A DNA stretch of 64,000 nt from Actinomycetes bacterium (GCA_023264975.1 JAHFUS010000005.1:10771-74770), one strand, 5' to 3'; positions 50,180 through 61,465 are shown, numbered from the stretch's first letter. Numbers and translations are program-made. Notes: generated from the letters alone by a model not told the origin.

Positions 50180-50578
50180 GTGGCGGTGACTGACGACCCG
50201 TGGCAGGCGCACCGTGAGGCGCTCGGCGGATTTCTGAGGGCACAACGCAGCCTGGCCAAGCTGTCGCTGCGCGAGATGGCGGAACGCACGAAGGTGTCCA
50301 ACGCCTACCTCAGCCAGATCGAGCGGGGACTGCACGCGCCGTCGGTGCGCGTGCTCCGCTCCATCGCCCAGGCGCTCGACCTGTCGGCTGAGGCCGTGCT
50401 GGCCCAGGCCGGCTTGGTCGACGCCGCCGGCGGGGCCGACCAGGAGGACGGGACCGACCGTCCGGCCAGGGGAGGGACCGAGGCGGCCATCCGCCAGGAC
50501 CCGTCGTTGACTGACGACCAGAAGGAGGCGTTGCTCAGCGTGTACCGCAGCTACCGAGGCGCCAACCGACTTGGCTGA
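50180..50578 (+). CDS. XRE-family HTH transcriptional regulator
   Basis: LGGFLRAQRSLAKLSLREMAERTKVSNAYLSQIERGLHAPSVRVLRSIAQALDL; overlaps the start of the second PHA synthase gene. Confidence 0.88.
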   Translation: MAVTDDPWQAHREALGGFLRAQRSLAKLSLREMAERTKVSNAYLSQIERGLHAPSVRVLRSIAQALDLSAEAVLAQAGLVDAAGGADQEDGTDRPARGGTEAAIRQDPSLTDDQKEALLSVYRSYRGANRLG

Positions 50579-52307
50579 GACGGACGGGGTCACCGACCCG
50601 ACCATCACGCCAGCGGCCGCCGCCGCCGCCGCCGCCGACGCGCTCGGCCCCGAAGTAGGCCTGCTGGCCGGATTGGAGTCGGCCCTTTCCCCCGAAGCCC
50701 TGAGCCACTTCGGCGTCGCGCTTGCGGCGCACCCCACCAGGGTCGTTGGGCCGACCCGGCGCTTCGGCCTCGCACTGGCGGAGGCCGCGTACGCCACGAC
50801 GGCCCGTTGGTTCGGGGGGTCTCGGCCGGCGCCACTGGAGCCCGAGGCAGGCGACCGCCGCTTCCTCGACCCCGCCTGGCGTGACCACCCGTGGTTCTTC
50901 GGGCTCGAGCAGGGCTATCTGGCGTGGGCCCGCTACATGCACGAGTTGCTCGACGCAGCCGACCTGGAACAAGGTGAGGGCGAGCGGGCCAGGCACAAGC
51001 TTGGACTGGTGGTCGACGGGTTGTCGCCCACCAACTTCCTGGCCACCAACCCGCTCGCCCTGCGTCGCGCCGTCGAGACCAAGGGCGCGTCGGTGGTCGC
51101 CGGCGTGCACAACTTCCTGGACGATCTGGCGACCAACGGTGGGAAGCCGAGGCAGGTCGACGCGTCGAAGTTCCGGGTGGGCGAGAACCTGGCCTGCACG
51201 CCCGGCAAGGTGGTGTTCCGCAACGAGTTGATGGAGCTCATCCAGTACGCGCCCACCACCAAGACGGTGCACACCACCCCGTTGCTCTGCAGCCCGCCGT
51301 GGATCAACAAGTACTACGTCATGGACCTTGCGCCCGGGCGCAGCTTCATCGAGTGGGCCGTGGCCCAGGGCCACACCGTGTTCGCCATCAGCTACGTCAA
51401 CCCTGGCGAGTCGATGCGGGACGTGGCCCTCGACGACTATCTGCTGAAGGGCCCGTACGAGGCGCTCGACGTCATTTCCGAGATCACCGGCACCGACAAG
51501 TTCAACATCGTCGGCCTTTGCCTGGGGGGATCGCTCTCGGTGATGCTCCTCGCCCACCTGGCGGCACACGGCAGGGACCGGGCCCGGTCCGTCACCCTGC
51601 TCAACACGCTGGTCGACTTCAGCGAGCCGGGCCCCATGGGCTGCTTCGTCGACCGCACCTCGGTCGAGCACCTCGAGAAGAAGATGCAGAGCCGGGGCTA
51701 TCTCGACTCGACCGAGATGTCGGGGATGTTCGACGTCCTGCGCTCGCGTGACCTGATCTGGAACTACGTGGTGACCGGGTGGCTGCTGGGCGAGAAGCCG
51801 CCCGCCTTCGACATCCTGGCCTGGAACGCGGACGCCACCCGGATGCCGGCTGACATGCACTCGTTCTATCTGCGCTGCTGCTACGTGGAGAACGAGTTGG
51901 CGCGTGGCGCCATGACGCTGGCCGGCACCCGCCTCGACGTCGGGAAGGTGACGGCCGACGCCTACATCCTCTCTGCCAAGGAGGACCACATCGCGCCGTG
52001 GCGGTCCGCGTACGCCACCACCACGTTGCTGGGCGGCGACAACCGCTTCGTGCTGAGCTCATCCGGCCACGTCGCCGGAATCGTCAACCCTCCGAACTCC
52101 AAGCGGAAGTACTGGACGAACGACACGCTGGCCGAGCAGCCGGACGACTGGCTTGCGGGCGCCGGCGAGCATCAGGGCTCGTGGTGGCAGGACTGGGGGC
52201 CCTGGATCGCCGAGCGCGCCGGCGCCCGCCGGAAGCCGCCCGCCATGGGGAGCACAGCCCATCCCCCGCTCGCCGATGCGCCGGGGGACTACGTCCACCA
52301 GCCCTGA
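50571..52307 (+). CDS. phaC: polyhydroxyalkanoate synthase (PhaC-like, second paralog)
   Basis: PPWINKYYVMDLAPGRSFIEWAVAQGHTVFAISYVNPGESMRD, GLCLGGSLS, SSSGHVAGIVNPPNSKRKYW. Confidence 0.94.
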   Translation: MAETDGVTDPTITPAAAAAAAADALGPEVGLLAGLESALSPEALSHFGVALAAHPTRVVGPTRRFGLALAEAAYATTARWFGGSRPAPLEPEAGDRRFLDPAWRDHPWFFGLEQGYLAWARYMHELLDAADLEQGEGERARHKLGLVVDGLSPTNFLATNPLALRRAVETKGASVVAGVHNFLDDLATNGGKPRQVDASKFRVGENLACTPGKVVFRNELMELIQYAPTTKTVHTTPLLCSPPWINKYYVMDLAPGRSFIEWAVAQGHTVFAISYVNPGESMRDVALDDYLLKGPYEALDVISEITGTDKFNIVGLCLGGSLSVMLLAHLAAHGRDRARSVTLLNTLVDFSEPGPMGCFVDRTSVEHLEKKMQSRGYLDSTEMSGMFDVLRSRDLIWNYVVTGWLLGEKPPAFDILAWNADATRMPADMHSFYLRCCYVENELARGAMTLAGTRLDVGKVTADAYILSAKEDHIAPWRSAYATTTLLGGDNRFVLSSSGHVAGIVNPPNSKRKYWTNDTLAEQPDDWLAGAGEHQGSWWQDWGPWIAERAGARRKPPAMGSTAHPPLADAPGDYVHQP

Positions 52308-52327
52308 CCTCGTGCCACCATGCGGTG

Positions 52328-52687
52328 ATGGAGGTGACACGGGTGGATCGGTGGCTGTGGGCCGTCCGCCTCTACAAGACCCGTTCCGAGGCGACGGCCG
52401 CCTGCAGGGCCAACCATGTCCGGGTGAACGGTTTGCCGGCGAAACCGGCCTCGTCGGTGCGGGTCGGCGACAGGGTGGAGGCGCGGGCGCAAGGTCGGGA
52501 GCGGGTCCTTGAGGTCGTCGACGTCCTCGACAAGCGGGTGAGCGCGAAGGTGGCGGCCGAGAGCCACGTCGACCACAGCCCGCCGCCCCTGCGCGACGCC
52601 GAGGCGCCGGCGTTCCTCCGTGATCCCGCCGACGGCCGCCCCACCAAGCGCGATCGGCGCCGGCTCGACCGCCTCCGCGGCCGCTGA
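52328..52687 (+). CDS. S4-domain RNA-binding protein (Hsp15-like)
   Basis: MEVTRVDRWLWAVRLYKTRSEATAACRANHVRVNGLPAKPASSVRVGDRVEA. Confidence 0.9.
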   Translation: MEVTRVDRWLWAVRLYKTRSEATAACRANHVRVNGLPAKPASSVRVGDRVEARAQGRERVLEVVDVLDKRVSAKVAAESHVDHSPPPLRDAEAPAFLRDPADGRPTKRDRRRLDRLRGR

Positions 52688-52792
52688 CCCGTAGGGTCGT
52701 GGGCCTGCCATGCCGATCCCGACTGGACCACCGACCGCCGACGCCCTCCGGTCGGCCGGAGTGGTCCGTTCCGGTACGGATGGGCTGACCAA

Positions 52793-55333
52793 ATGGGCCG
52801 GGTGGGCTCTCCGGCGACCGGCCCGGGGGGACCGGTGACCACGTTGACCGACCGGATCGGGCCCGGCGCCGTGGCGGACGACGTGTTCGACGTCTTCGTC
52901 TCATGGGCGGACGAGCGCGGCCTCACCCTCTATCCGGCACAGGAGGAGGCGCTCATCGAGATCGTGTCGGGATCCAACGTGATCCTCAGCACCCCGACCG
53001 GCTCGGGCAAGAGCCTGGTGGCGGTGGGTGCCCATCTGGCTGCGCTGGCGGACGGACGGCGCACCTTCTACACGGCGCCCATCAAGGCGCTGGTCTCCGA
53101 GAAGTTCTTCGACCTGTGCGCCACGTTCGGCACCGACAGCGTCGGGATGATGACGGGTGACTCGAGCGTCAACGCCAAGGCCCCGATCATCTGCTGCACG
53201 GCCGAGATCCTGGCCAACATGGCGCTGCGCGACGGGGACGCGTCGACCGTGGGCCAGGTCGTCATGGACGAGTTCCACTTCTACGCGGAGCCCGACCGGG
53301 GCTGGGCCTGGCAAGTGCCGCTCCTCGCCCTGCCCAAGGCCCAGTTCCTCTTGATGTCGGCCACCCTCGGCGACGTGAGCGGGCTGGGAGCCGACCTCAC
53401 CAGGCGCACCGGGCGCCCGACGGCGTTGGTGACCAACACGACGCGGCCCGTGCCGCTGCACTACTCCTTCCGCACCTCGCCGCTGCACGAGACGCTGGAG
53501 GAGCTGCTGGCCACCCAGCAGGCGCCCGTCTACGTGGTGCACTTCACCCAGGCGGCGGCGGTGGAGCGGGCCCAGGCGCTGATGAGCGTGAACGTCTGCA
53601 CCCGTGAGGAGAAGGACGCCATCGCCGAAGTCGTGGCCGGCTTCCGCTTCACCACCGCCTTCGGGCGCACCCTCTCGCGCTACGTGCGCCACGGCATCGG
53701 CGTGCACCACGCCGGCATGCTCCCCAAGTACCGCCGCCTGGTGGAGCGCCTGGCCCAGGCCGGCCTGCTCAAGGTCATCTGCGGCACCGACACCCTCGGC
53801 GTGGGCATCAACGTGCCCATCCGCAGCGTGCTGTTCTGCGCCCTCAGCAAGTACGACGGCGTCAAGGTCCGGTTGCTCAGTGCTCGGGAGTTCCACCAGA
53901 TCGCAGGGCGGGCCGGCCGGGCCGGCTTCGACACGGCCGGTACCGTCGTCGCCCAGGCGCCGGACCACGTGGTGGAGAACGAGCGGTCTCTGGCCAAGGC
54001 GGGCGACGATCCGCGCCTGCGACGCAAGGTGGTCCGCAAGAAGCCGCCCGACGGGTTTGTGTCGTGGGGCCTGCCGACGTTCGAGCGCCTGATGGCGGCC
54101 GCACCCGAGACGATGACGTCGAGCTTCGTCGTGTCGCATTCGATGCTGCTCAACGTGCTCGACCGTCCCGGTGACGGGTGCTCCGCCCTGCGCGCCCTAC
54201 TGGTCGACAACCACGAGAACCGGCCGGCACAACGCCGCCACATCCGCCGCTCCATCGCCATCTTCCGCTCGTTGGTGGCGGCCGGCGTTGTGGAGCGGCT
54301 CGATCAACCCGACCGGGACGGGCGTACCGTGCGGGTCACCGTCGACCTCCAGGCCGACTTCGCCCTCAACCAACCGCTCAGCCCGTTCGCCCTTGCCGCC
54401 TTCGAGCTCCTCGACCGCCAGTCGGAGACCTACGCTCTCGACGTCCTCTCCATCGTGGAGGCCACGCTCGATGACCCGTCGAAGGTGCTCTACGCCCAGG
54501 AGAGCAAGGCCAAAGGTGAGGCCGTCACCGAGATGAAGGCGGCCGGCATCGAGTACGAGGAGCGTATGGCCCGCCTCGAGACGATCTCGTGGCCCAAGCC
54601 CCTGGCCGAGCTTCTGGGTGTGGCGTTCGACGCCTACCGCTCCGGCCACCCGTGGGTCGCCGACCACGCCCTGTCGCCCAAGTCGGTGGCCCGCGACCTG
54701 TACGAGCGGGCCATGACCTTCAACGACTTCACTGGCTACTACCAGCTGGCCCGGTCGGAGGGCGTGGTGCTGCGGTACCTGAGCGACGCCTTCAGGGCGC
54801 TGAACCAGACGGTGCCGGAGGGTGCCAAGACCGAGGAGCTGTACGACCTCACGGAGTGGCTCGGCACCCTTGTGCGCCAGGTGGACAGCTCGCTGCTCGA
54901 CGAATGGGAGCAGCTCCGCCACCCGGAGGCGGCCGTGCCCGGTGCGGCGCTGGACGACACCCCTCCGGCGGTGACGGCCAATCGGCGCGCCTTCGGTGTC
55001 CTGGTGCGCAACGCCATGTTCCGACGGGTGGAGCTGGCCGCCCTGCGCCGGTATACGGCGCTCGCCGAGATCGACACCGACTGGAGCGCGAGTCAATGGG
55101 AGGAGGCCATGGCTCCCTACTTCGCCGAGCACCCGTCGATCGGCACCGGGCAGGCGGCCCGTTCGAGCGCTCTGGTACAGGTGGTCGAGAGCGCGGAGCG
55201 GTGGGAGGTGCGCCAGGTCCTCGACGATCCCTCCGGGTTCCACGAGTGGGCCATGGTCGCCACAGTCGACCTGGCCGCCAGCGTGGAGGCGGGCGAGGCG
55301 GTGGTGCGCCCCACCGGGGTCGAGCGCCTGTAG
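52793..55333 (+). CDS. Ski2/HelY-like DEAD/DEAH-box helicase
   Basis: VILSTPTGSGKSLVAVGAH, VVMDEFHFYAEPDRGWAWQ, LLMSATLGDV, GVGINVPIRSVLF, HQIAGRAGRAGFD. True start may be downstream at VTTLTDRIG. Confidence 0.92.
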   Translation: MGRVGSPATGPGGPVTTLTDRIGPGAVADDVFDVFVSWADERGLTLYPAQEEALIEIVSGSNVILSTPTGSGKSLVAVGAHLAALADGRRTFYTAPIKALVSEKFFDLCATFGTDSVGMMTGDSSVNAKAPIICCTAEILANMALRDGDASTVGQVVMDEFHFYAEPDRGWAWQVPLLALPKAQFLLMSATLGDVSGLGADLTRRTGRPTALVTNTTRPVPLHYSFRTSPLHETLEELLATQQAPVYVVHFTQAAAVERAQALMSVNVCTREEKDAIAEVVAGFRFTTAFGRTLSRYVRHGIGVHHAGMLPKYRRLVERLAQAGLLKVICGTDTLGVGINVPIRSVLFCALSKYDGVKVRLLSAREFHQIAGRAGRAGFDTAGTVVAQAPDHVVENERSLAKAGDDPRLRRKVVRKKPPDGFVSWGLPTFERLMAAAPETMTSSFVVSHSMLLNVLDRPGDGCSALRALLVDNHENRPAQRRHIRRSIAIFRSLVAAGVVERLDQPDRDGRTVRVTVDLQADFALNQPLSPFALAAFELLDRQSETYALDVLSIVEATLDDPSKVLYAQESKAKGEAVTEMKAAGIEYEERMARLETISWPKPLAELLGVAFDAYRSGHPWVADHALSPKSVARDLYERAMTFNDFTGYYQLARSEGVVLRYLSDAFRALNQTVPEGAKTEELYDLTEWLGTLVRQVDSSLLDEWEQLRHPEAAVPGAALDDTPPAVTANRRAFGVLVRNAMFRRVELAALRRYTALAEIDTDWSASQWEEAMAPYFAEHPSIGTGQAARSSALVQVVESAERWEVRQVLDDPSGFHEWAMVATVDLAASVEAGEAVVRPTGVERL

Positions 55334-55462
55334 CGAGCTGGCCGGCGGGCGGCTGTTCGTGGCGCCGGCCGCCAGTGCGCACTCAACTCACGCGCTTGAC
55401 ACATGGGGACCGGCGGCCCGACCTGTAAGACTTGGGTCCTGGAGTCGAGGGGAGCGTGTGAC

Positions 55463-55975
55463 GTGAGGCTGAAGATGCTGGCGATGCTGATGGCGGCTAT
55501 GGGAGTGCTGGGCGCGTGCGGCGACGACAAGCCGTCCACCACGGCGACGGCAGGCAAGACGACAACTCCGAAGGGGTCGAGTGGCACCGGCATCGATGAT
55601 GTGACCAAATCCGTCGGTGCCTTCGGATCGGCGGAGTGCAGGAAGGCGGCGGGGGCCCTCGCCGCCGTGGCCGGCGCGATGCCGCAGGCGCTCACCGGCG
55701 GCAAGGCGGACGTGGGTGGCTCCATCGCCGAACTCGAGGCTTTCGCCAAGGGTGCCCCGTCGGATATCAGGCCCTCCATCGAGGTGCTGGCGACGGGCTA
55801 TTCGGAGATCGCCGCCGCCCTCAAGGATGCGGACTACGACCCCTCCAGTGGGAAGGCGCCGTCGGAGGAAACGCTGAAGAAGCTCCAGGCGGCGAGCGAG
55901 CGACTCGATGGGACGGAGTTCCAGGAAGCGGCCGAGCGAGTGAACGCGTGGTTCACCAAGGAGTGCGGGAAGTAA
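55463..55975 (+). CDS. putative small lipoprotein
   Basis: VRLKMLAMLMAAMGVLGACGDDKPSTTATAGKTTTPKG lipobox; preceded by TTGACA at 55396. Start approximate. Confidence 0.65.
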   Translation: MRLKMLAMLMAAMGVLGACGDDKPSTTATAGKTTTPKGSSGTGIDDVTKSVGAFGSAECRKAAGALAAVAGAMPQALTGGKADVGGSIAELEAFAKGAPSDIRPSIEVLATGYSEIAAALKDADYDPSSGKAPSEETLKKLQAASERLDGTEFQEAAERVNAWFTKECGK

Positions 55976-56080
55976 CCCCCGCGCCGGCCTGCTGGCCGCC
56001 ATGGTGTGACGTCGCAGGGCGCGTACGCCGAGTCGGCCATGCGGTGCGCCGCTCGTTCCATCTACCGCTGCGCCACCCAT

Positions 56081-57526
56081 CTACCGCTGCGCCACCGCCG
56101 GCGTCTGGCGCTCGAGGAAGTCGTAGACCTGGCTGACCTCCACGCCGGTGAACGACTCCGCCGGGAAGGTGGCGAGGATGTGCCCGTCGGCGCGGGCCAG
56201 CGGCCACGCCTGGCCCCGCCAGCGTGCGGCGAGCGCCTCGGGCGGGCGCCGGCAGCACTCGCCGTCGGGGCAGCGCGACACGGCCCGGTTGGTGGTCTCG
56301 TGGCCCCGGAACCAGCGGGCCTCCTTGGCCGTGGCGCCGATGGTGACCGCCGCCCGCCGCTCGACCTCCACCTGGGTGACGCACCAGTACTCTCCGGCCG
56401 GCGACGTCGTGTACTGGGCGTGCTCCGAGAACTGGTCGTGGGAGCTGAAGGCCTGGCGGGTGCCCCACATGCGGCACGCCCGCTGACCCTCGATGGCGCC
56501 GTCAGCGTCGGTCGGGAACGGCATGCCGTTGTTCTCGTAGGCCTTCCAGATGACGCCGTCCTCGTCGGCCCGCAGGAAGTGCACGGGCAGGTCGAGGTGG
56601 CGGGTGACCAGGTTGGTGAGGCGGTGGGCGGCCATCTCGTAGGAGATGTAGAAGACCTGCTTCAGGTCCTCCACCGACAGGTCGCGCCGGGCCTTGGCCC
56701 GCGACAGGAGCTCGACGGCGGGCCGCTCCGGCGCCAGCACGGCGCCCGCGAAGTAGTTCGCCTCCACCTGCTGGCGGAGGAAGTCCTCGAAGCTCCGGGC
56801 GTCGGTGTGGCCGAGAGCGAAGTGGCCGAGCGTCTGCAGCACCACCGAGCGCGCCGCTCGGGTGGGGAGGGCGTTGCGCTGGTGGATGTACAGCCGGCGG
56901 TGGCGCAGGTCGGTGACGGCCCGGGCCGACACTGGCAGGTCCTGCACCCGGTGGAGGCTGAAGCCGTAATGGGCCACCAGGTCGGTGAGCATCCGCTCGG
57001 CCACCGCTCCGCTGCCCTCGTAGCCCACGGCCTCCAGGGCGGCGGCGGCCTCCTGCTCGATCTCGGGGAAGTAGTTGTCCCGGCCCCGCATCTCGGCGCG
57101 TAGCTCGACGTTGGCCCTACGGGCCGCCTCGGGCGTGGACGTCTGCACCTGGGCCCGCCGGCGCAGGGCCTCGTACAGACCCACCACGTGCTCGAGGACG
57201 TTGTCCGGCAGGCCCGCGGCCGGCTTCAGCCACGGGAGGCCGAGCCCGCGGTAGAGGGGATCGTCCTGGGCGCGCTGCAGAGTCATCTCCAGCGAGGCGC
57301 GGCGATTGGGCGGTTCGCCCGACAAGAGGTCGGCGGGGGCCACGTCGAGCGCGCCCGCCAGCGCCTCGATGAGCGAGAGGCGGGGCTCCTTTCGCCCATT
57401 CTCCACAAGGGAGAGAAATGGCGCCGGCTTCCCAACCCGCGTCCCCAGTGCTTCGAGGGTGAGGCCGCGCTCACGGCGGAGGTGGCGGAGGCGCTGGCCG
57501 AACAGGAGCGTGTCGAGCTGAGGCAT
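56081..57526 (-). CDS. RamB/short-chain fatty acyl-type XRE transcriptional regulator
   Basis: N-terminal [55 protein letters not shown] plus long DUF955/ScfR-like C-terminus; divergent from aceB-aceA. Confidence 0.88.
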   Translation of the reverse strand: MPQLDTLLFGQRLRHLRRERGLTLEALGTRVGKPAPFLSLVENGRKEPRLSLIEALAGALDVAPADLLSGEPPNRRASLEMTLQRAQDDPLYRGLGLPWLKPAAGLPDNVLEHVVGLYEALRRRAQVQTSTPEAARRANVELRAEMRGRDNYFPEIEQEAAAALEAVGYEGSGAVAERMLTDLVAHYGFSLHRVQDLPVSARAVTDLRHRRLYIHQRNALPTRAARSVVLQTLGHFALGHTDARSFEDFLRQQVEANYFAGAVLAPERPAVELLSRAKARRDLSVEDLKQVFYISYEMAAHRLTNLVTRHLDLPVHFLRADEDGVIWKAYENNGMPFPTDADGAIEGQRACRMWGTRQAFSSHDQFSEHAQYTTSPAGEYWCVTQVEVERRAAVTIGATAKEARWFRGHETTNRAVSRCPDGECCRRPPEALAARWRGQAWPLARADGHILATFPAESFTGVEVSQVYDFLERQTPAVAQR

Positions 57527-57645
57527 GGGAAAGTTCCCGTTTCTACGGTGGTTTCCGCAAATTTACCCAAAGTTATCGCACAACAAGGCTTGCATCGAGG
57601 GCAATCAAAACAAACACTGATTCTGCGACAACAGAGGAGGCCGAA
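57527..57645. promoter_or_regulatory. divergent regulatory region between ramB-like gene and aceB
   Basis: AT-richer spacer containing gcaaatttacccaaagttatcgca, resembling RamB-type AAAGTT/TTTGC elements (from memory). Confidence 0.45.
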
Positions 57646-59229
57646 TTGGCGGCGGAGGACGGGATAGCAATCCCAGGCGGAAGTCCCGACCCGGAGGTGC
57701 TCAGCCCGGAGGCGGTGGCCTTCGTGGCCCGCCTCCACCGGACTTTCGCCGGCCGGCGCCGCGGCCTCCTGGCGGCCCGGGCGGAGCGCCAGTCGCGCAT
57801 CGATGCGGGCGAGCGTCCCGACTTCGCCGCCGGCGGTGTGCGCGAGCGGGAGTGGGCCGTGGCGCCGGTCCCCAAGGACCTGGCCGACCGGCGGGTCGAG
57901 ATCACCGGGCCGACCGACCGCAAGATGATGATCAACGCCCTGAACTCCGGCGCCGCCGTCTTCATGGCCGACTTCGAGGACTCCCTGGCGCCCACGTGGG
58001 AGAACGTGGTGCTGGGGCAGCGCAACCTCCACGACGCGGTGAGGCGCACGATCGCGTTCGACGGCCCTGACGGCCGCCGCTACGAGCTGGGCGACGACGT
58101 GGCCACCCTCATGGTGCGGCCCCGGGGCTGGCACCTGGTGGAGAAGCACCTGCGCGTCGACGGCGAGGCCGTGTCGGCGTCCCTGTTCGACTTCGGCCTC
58201 GCCTTCTTCCACAACGCCCGGGCCCTGCTCGACCTCGGCTCGGGCCCGTACTTCTACCTGCCCAAGCTCGAGAACCGGAGCGAGGCGGCGTTGTGGAACG
58301 ACGTGTTCCTGGCCGCCCAGGAGGACCTGGGACTGGCGCCCGGCACTATCAAGGCCACCGTGCTGCTGGAGACGGTGCTTGCGGCCTTCGAGATCGACGA
58401 GATCCTTTACGAGCTGCGGGAGCACTCGGCGGGCATGAACGCCGGCCGGTGGGACTACATCTTCAGCGTCATCAAGAAGTTCCGCGCCTCGCCCGACTTC
58501 GTCCTGCCGGACCGCTCGCTGGTCTCGATGACCGTCCCGTTCATGCGGGCCTACACCGAGCTGCTCGTGCAGTCCTGCCACAGGCGGGGGGCGCACGCCA
58601 TCGGTGGCATGGCCGCCTTCATCCCCAACCGCCGCGACCCCGATGTCACCGGCACCGCGCTGGCCAGGGTCCGCGAGGACAAGCTGCGGGAGTCGGCTGA
58701 CGGCTTCGACGGCACGTGGGTGGCCCACCCCGACCTGGTGGCCGTCGCCATGGACGTCTTCGACGGCGTGCTGGGCGACCGGCCCAACCAGCTGGACCGG
58801 CTGCGGGAGGACGTGGCGGTGACGGCCTCCGACCTCCTCGCGGTCGGCCTCACGGAGGGAGCGGTGACCGAGGAGGGCGTGCGGGCCGACGTCGGCATCG
58901 GCATCCGCTACCTCGAGTCGTGGCTCCAGGGGGCTGGCGCGGCGGCCATCTACAACCTCATGGAGGACGCGGCCACGGCAGAGATCTGCCGGGCCCAGAT
59001 CTGGCAGTGGCAGCGCCACGGCGTGGCCCTCGACGATGGGCGTGTCGTAACGCCCGAGCTGGTGACCGGCATCGTCAACGACGAGATGACCCGGCTGCGC
59101 GATGCCCTCGGTGCGGCCAGATTCGACGGCGGCCGCTTCGGCGATGCCCGCCGCCTTTTCGAACGGGTGGCCCTCGATGACGGCTTCCCCGAGTTCCTGA
59201 CTCTTCCCGCCTATGAGGTGCTCGATTGA
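57646..59229 (+). CDS. aceB: malate synthase A-type
   Basis: [41 protein letters not shown]; [14 protein letters not shown]; [18 protein letters not shown]. Confidence 0.95.
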   Translation: MAAEDGIAIPGGSPDPEVLSPEAVAFVARLHRTFAGRRRGLLAARAERQSRIDAGERPDFAAGGVREREWAVAPVPKDLADRRVEITGPTDRKMMINALNSGAAVFMADFEDSLAPTWENVVLGQRNLHDAVRRTIAFDGPDGRRYELGDDVATLMVRPRGWHLVEKHLRVDGEAVSASLFDFGLAFFHNARALLDLGSGPYFYLPKLENRSEAALWNDVFLAAQEDLGLAPGTIKATVLLETVLAAFEIDEILYELREHSAGMNAGRWDYIFSVIKKFRASPDFVLPDRSLVSMTVPFMRAYTELLVQSCHRRGAHAIGGMAAFIPNRRDPDVTGTALARVREDKLRESADGFDGTWVAHPDLVAVAMDVFDGVLGDRPNQLDRLREDVAVTASDLLAVGLTEGAVTEEGVRADVGIGIRYLESWLQGAGAAAIYNLMEDAATAEICRAQIWQWQRHGVALDDGRVVTPELVTGIVNDEMTRLRDALGAARFDGGRFGDARRLFERVALDDGFPEFLTLPAYEVLD

Positions 59230-59277
59230 CATGTGGGCCCCGGAGGAGCGCGGTTACCAACCCAGCGGAGGACGAAA

Positions 59278-60636
59278 GTGACCAGCGACGACAGCGGAAT
59301 TGGCAGCGCCGGAGGCAACGGCAATGGCAACGGCAACGGCAACGGCAACCAGGGTTGGCACACCTCTGATCTCGAGAACGACTGGCGGGGCAACCCCCGC
59401 TGGATCGGCGTGCGGCGCGACTACACCGGCGCCGACGTCGTGCGTCTCCGCGGGTCCTTCCGGGCCGACCACCGCCAGGCGACGCTGAGCGCCAAGCGGC
59501 TGTGGCGCCTGCTGCACCAGCGGAACTACGTGCACGCACTCGGGGCCATGACCGGCGGCCAGGCCGTGCAGATGGTGCGGGCCGGCCTCGAGGCGATCTA
59601 TGTGAGCGGGTGGCAGGCGGCGGCCGACGCCAACCTGTCCGAGCAGGTCTATCCCGACCAGAGCCTGTACCCCGCCAACAGCGTCCCGTCCCTCGTGCGC
59701 CGCATCAACAACGCGCTGCTGCGGGCAGATCAGGTGGAGTGGTCCGAGGGTGAGGTGAGCCGGCATTGGCTGGCGCCGGTGGTAGCCGACGCCGAGGCCG
59801 GATTCGGCGGTCCGCTGAACGCTTATGAGCTCATGCGCTCGATGATCGAGGCCGGCGCCGCCGGCGTGCACTTCGAGGACCAGCTGGCGTCGGAGAAGAA
59901 GTGCGGGCACATGGGGGGCAAGGTGCTCATCCCCACCGCCCAGCATGTCCGAACCTTGATCTCGGCCCGCCTGGCGGCCGACGTCCTCGGCGTGCCCACC
60001 GTCATCGTGGCCCGCACCGACTCACTCGGCGCCTCCCTTGTCACCAGCGACGTCGATCCCCGAGACCACCCGTTCCTCACCGGCGGCCGCACGGCCGAGG
60101 GGTACTTCCACACCCGGCCGTGCAACGAGGCGGCCATCGCCCGGGGCCTGGCCTACGCGCCCTACTCGGACGCACTGTGGTGCGAGACCTCCATGCCCGA
60201 CCTCGACCAGGCGCGCCGATTCGCCGAGGCGATCCACGCCGAGTTCCCCGACAAGCTGCTCGCCTACAACTGCTCGCCGTCGTTCAACTGGAAGCGCCAC
60301 CTCGACGACGACACCATCGCCCGCTTCCAGAAGGAGCTGGGGGCGATGGGCTACCGCTTCCAGTTCATCACCCTCGCCGGCTTCCACGCCCTCAACGCCG
60401 CCATGTTCGAGCTGGCCTCGGAGTACGCGACCAAGGACATGACCGCCTACGTCGCCCTCCAGGAGCGGGAGTTCGAGCTGGAGGCCTCCGGCTACACCGC
60501 CACACGCCACCAGCGCGAAGTGGGCGCCGGCTACTTCGACGAGGTGGCCAAGGTCATCTCCGGCCGCGAGGCGGCGACGCTGGCCATGGTCGGATCCACC
60601 GAGGAGGCCCAATTCGAACAGGAGGGCACCGGCTGA
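59278..60636 (+). CDS. aceA: isocitrate lyase
   Basis: [74 protein letters not shown]. Confidence 0.96.
   Translation: MTSDDSGIGSAGGNGNGNGNGNGNQGWHTSDLENDWRGNPRWIGVRRDYTGADVVRLRGSFRADHRQATLSAKRLWRLLHQRNYVHALGAMTGGQAVQMVRAGLEAIYVSGWQAAADANLSEQVYPDQSLYPANSVPSLVRRINNALLRADQVEWSEGEVSRHWLAPVVADAEAGFGGPLNAYELMRSMIEAGAAGVHFEDQLASEKKCGHMGGKVLIPTAQHVRTLISARLAADVLGVPTVIVARTDSLGASLVTSDVDPRDHPFLTGGRTAEGYFHTRPCNEAAIARGLAYAPYSDALWCETSMPDLDQARRFAEAIHAEFPDKLLAYNCSPSFNWKRHLDDDTIARFQKELGAMGYRFQFITLAGFHALNAAMFELASEYATKDMTAYVALQEREFELEASGYTATRHQREVGAGYFDEVAKVISGREAATLAMVGSTEEAQFEQEGTG
59314..59349 (+). repeat. six tandem ggcaac-type hexamers in the 5' end of aceA
   Basis: ggcaacggcaatggcaacggcaacggcaacggcaac encoding (GN)6. 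Confidence 0.95.
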
Positions 60637-60836
60637 TCATCCGAAGGGTGGGCGGGTGACCAACGGCGTGAGCAGTCGGCACTCGTGGTGGAGGGGCTCC
60701 TCGTCAGCTTCGTGCCCGAGGTCGGGCGCTGGCTTCCCGGTGGCGCCGTCCCCGCTCTCACCGGCGTGGCGACGGGGCTGGGAGGTCGTCGCCCTGCCGG
60801 CGATGCGCCCGCCGACCTCGGGCGGGGGGTCACCGG

Positions 60837-61256
60837 TCAGTCCGCGGTCCCGCGTTCCACGATCCACTCGTGCGGTTGGGCGGTGATCCCGGCGACCAGC
60901 TCGAAGTCGGCGTCGTAGTGCAGGACGGTCAGGTCCCGAGCCTCGGCCACGGCGGCGACAAGAGCGTCGACCAGCGACAACGCTCGGTGCTGGCCGCGGC
61001 CGGACAGCACTTCTTGGACATCGAGGCAGCGTCGGTGGTCCGCATCGGACAATGGAACCCAAGGGAATGCGCCGAGTCGCCCCATTACGGCGAGGTAGTC
61101 GTCGTAGCTCCGGGCCGAGTAGCCGAGCTCGAAGGCGACCGGTGCACAGAGTCCGACCCGCCCCGCCGCGGCGCGAGGAGCGAAGGCCGCTGCCACCACC
61201 GGCTTCGACAGCCGAGCGAAGACGCTCGTGTCCGCGAGGTACTGGAGGCCGCCCAT
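60837..61256 (-). CDS. vapC: PIN-domain toxin, VapC family
   Basis: MGGLQYLADTSVFARLSKP...CAPVAFELGYSARS...SLVDALVAAVAEARDLTVLHYDADFELVAGIT. Confidence 0.88.
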   Translation of the reverse strand: MGGLQYLADTSVFARLSKPVVAAAFAPRAAAGRVGLCAPVAFELGYSARSYDDYLAVMGRLGAFPWVPLSDADHRRCLDVQEVLSGRGQHRALSLVDALVAAVAEARDLTVLHYDADFELVAGITAQPHEWIVERGTAD

Positions 61257-61258
61257 CT

Positions 61259-61465
61259 CTAGTCGCTTGCGCCCCAGGCGTTCTCGGCCGCCTCGAAGTC
61301 GAACCGGCCCTCCTCGCTGAGAAGCGCCACCAGCTCGAGACGACGCTTGGCGTGCACGACCTCCCTCATGGACGCGTCGATCGTCTCCCGCAGCGTGGTC
61401 GTGCCGAGGATGGCGGCAGCCTCGCGAGCGATATCTCGATCTATCTCCACCGATGTCTTGCTCAT
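61259..61465 (-). CDS. vapB: VapB-family antitoxin
   Basis: MSKTSVEIDRDIAREAAAILGTTTLRETIDASMREVVHAKRRLELVALLSEEGRFDFEAAENAWGASD, immediately upstream of vapC. Confidence 0.85.
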   Translation of the reverse strand: MSKTSVEIDRDIAREAAAILGTTTLRETIDASMREVVHAKRRLELVALLSEEGRFDFEAAENAWGASD

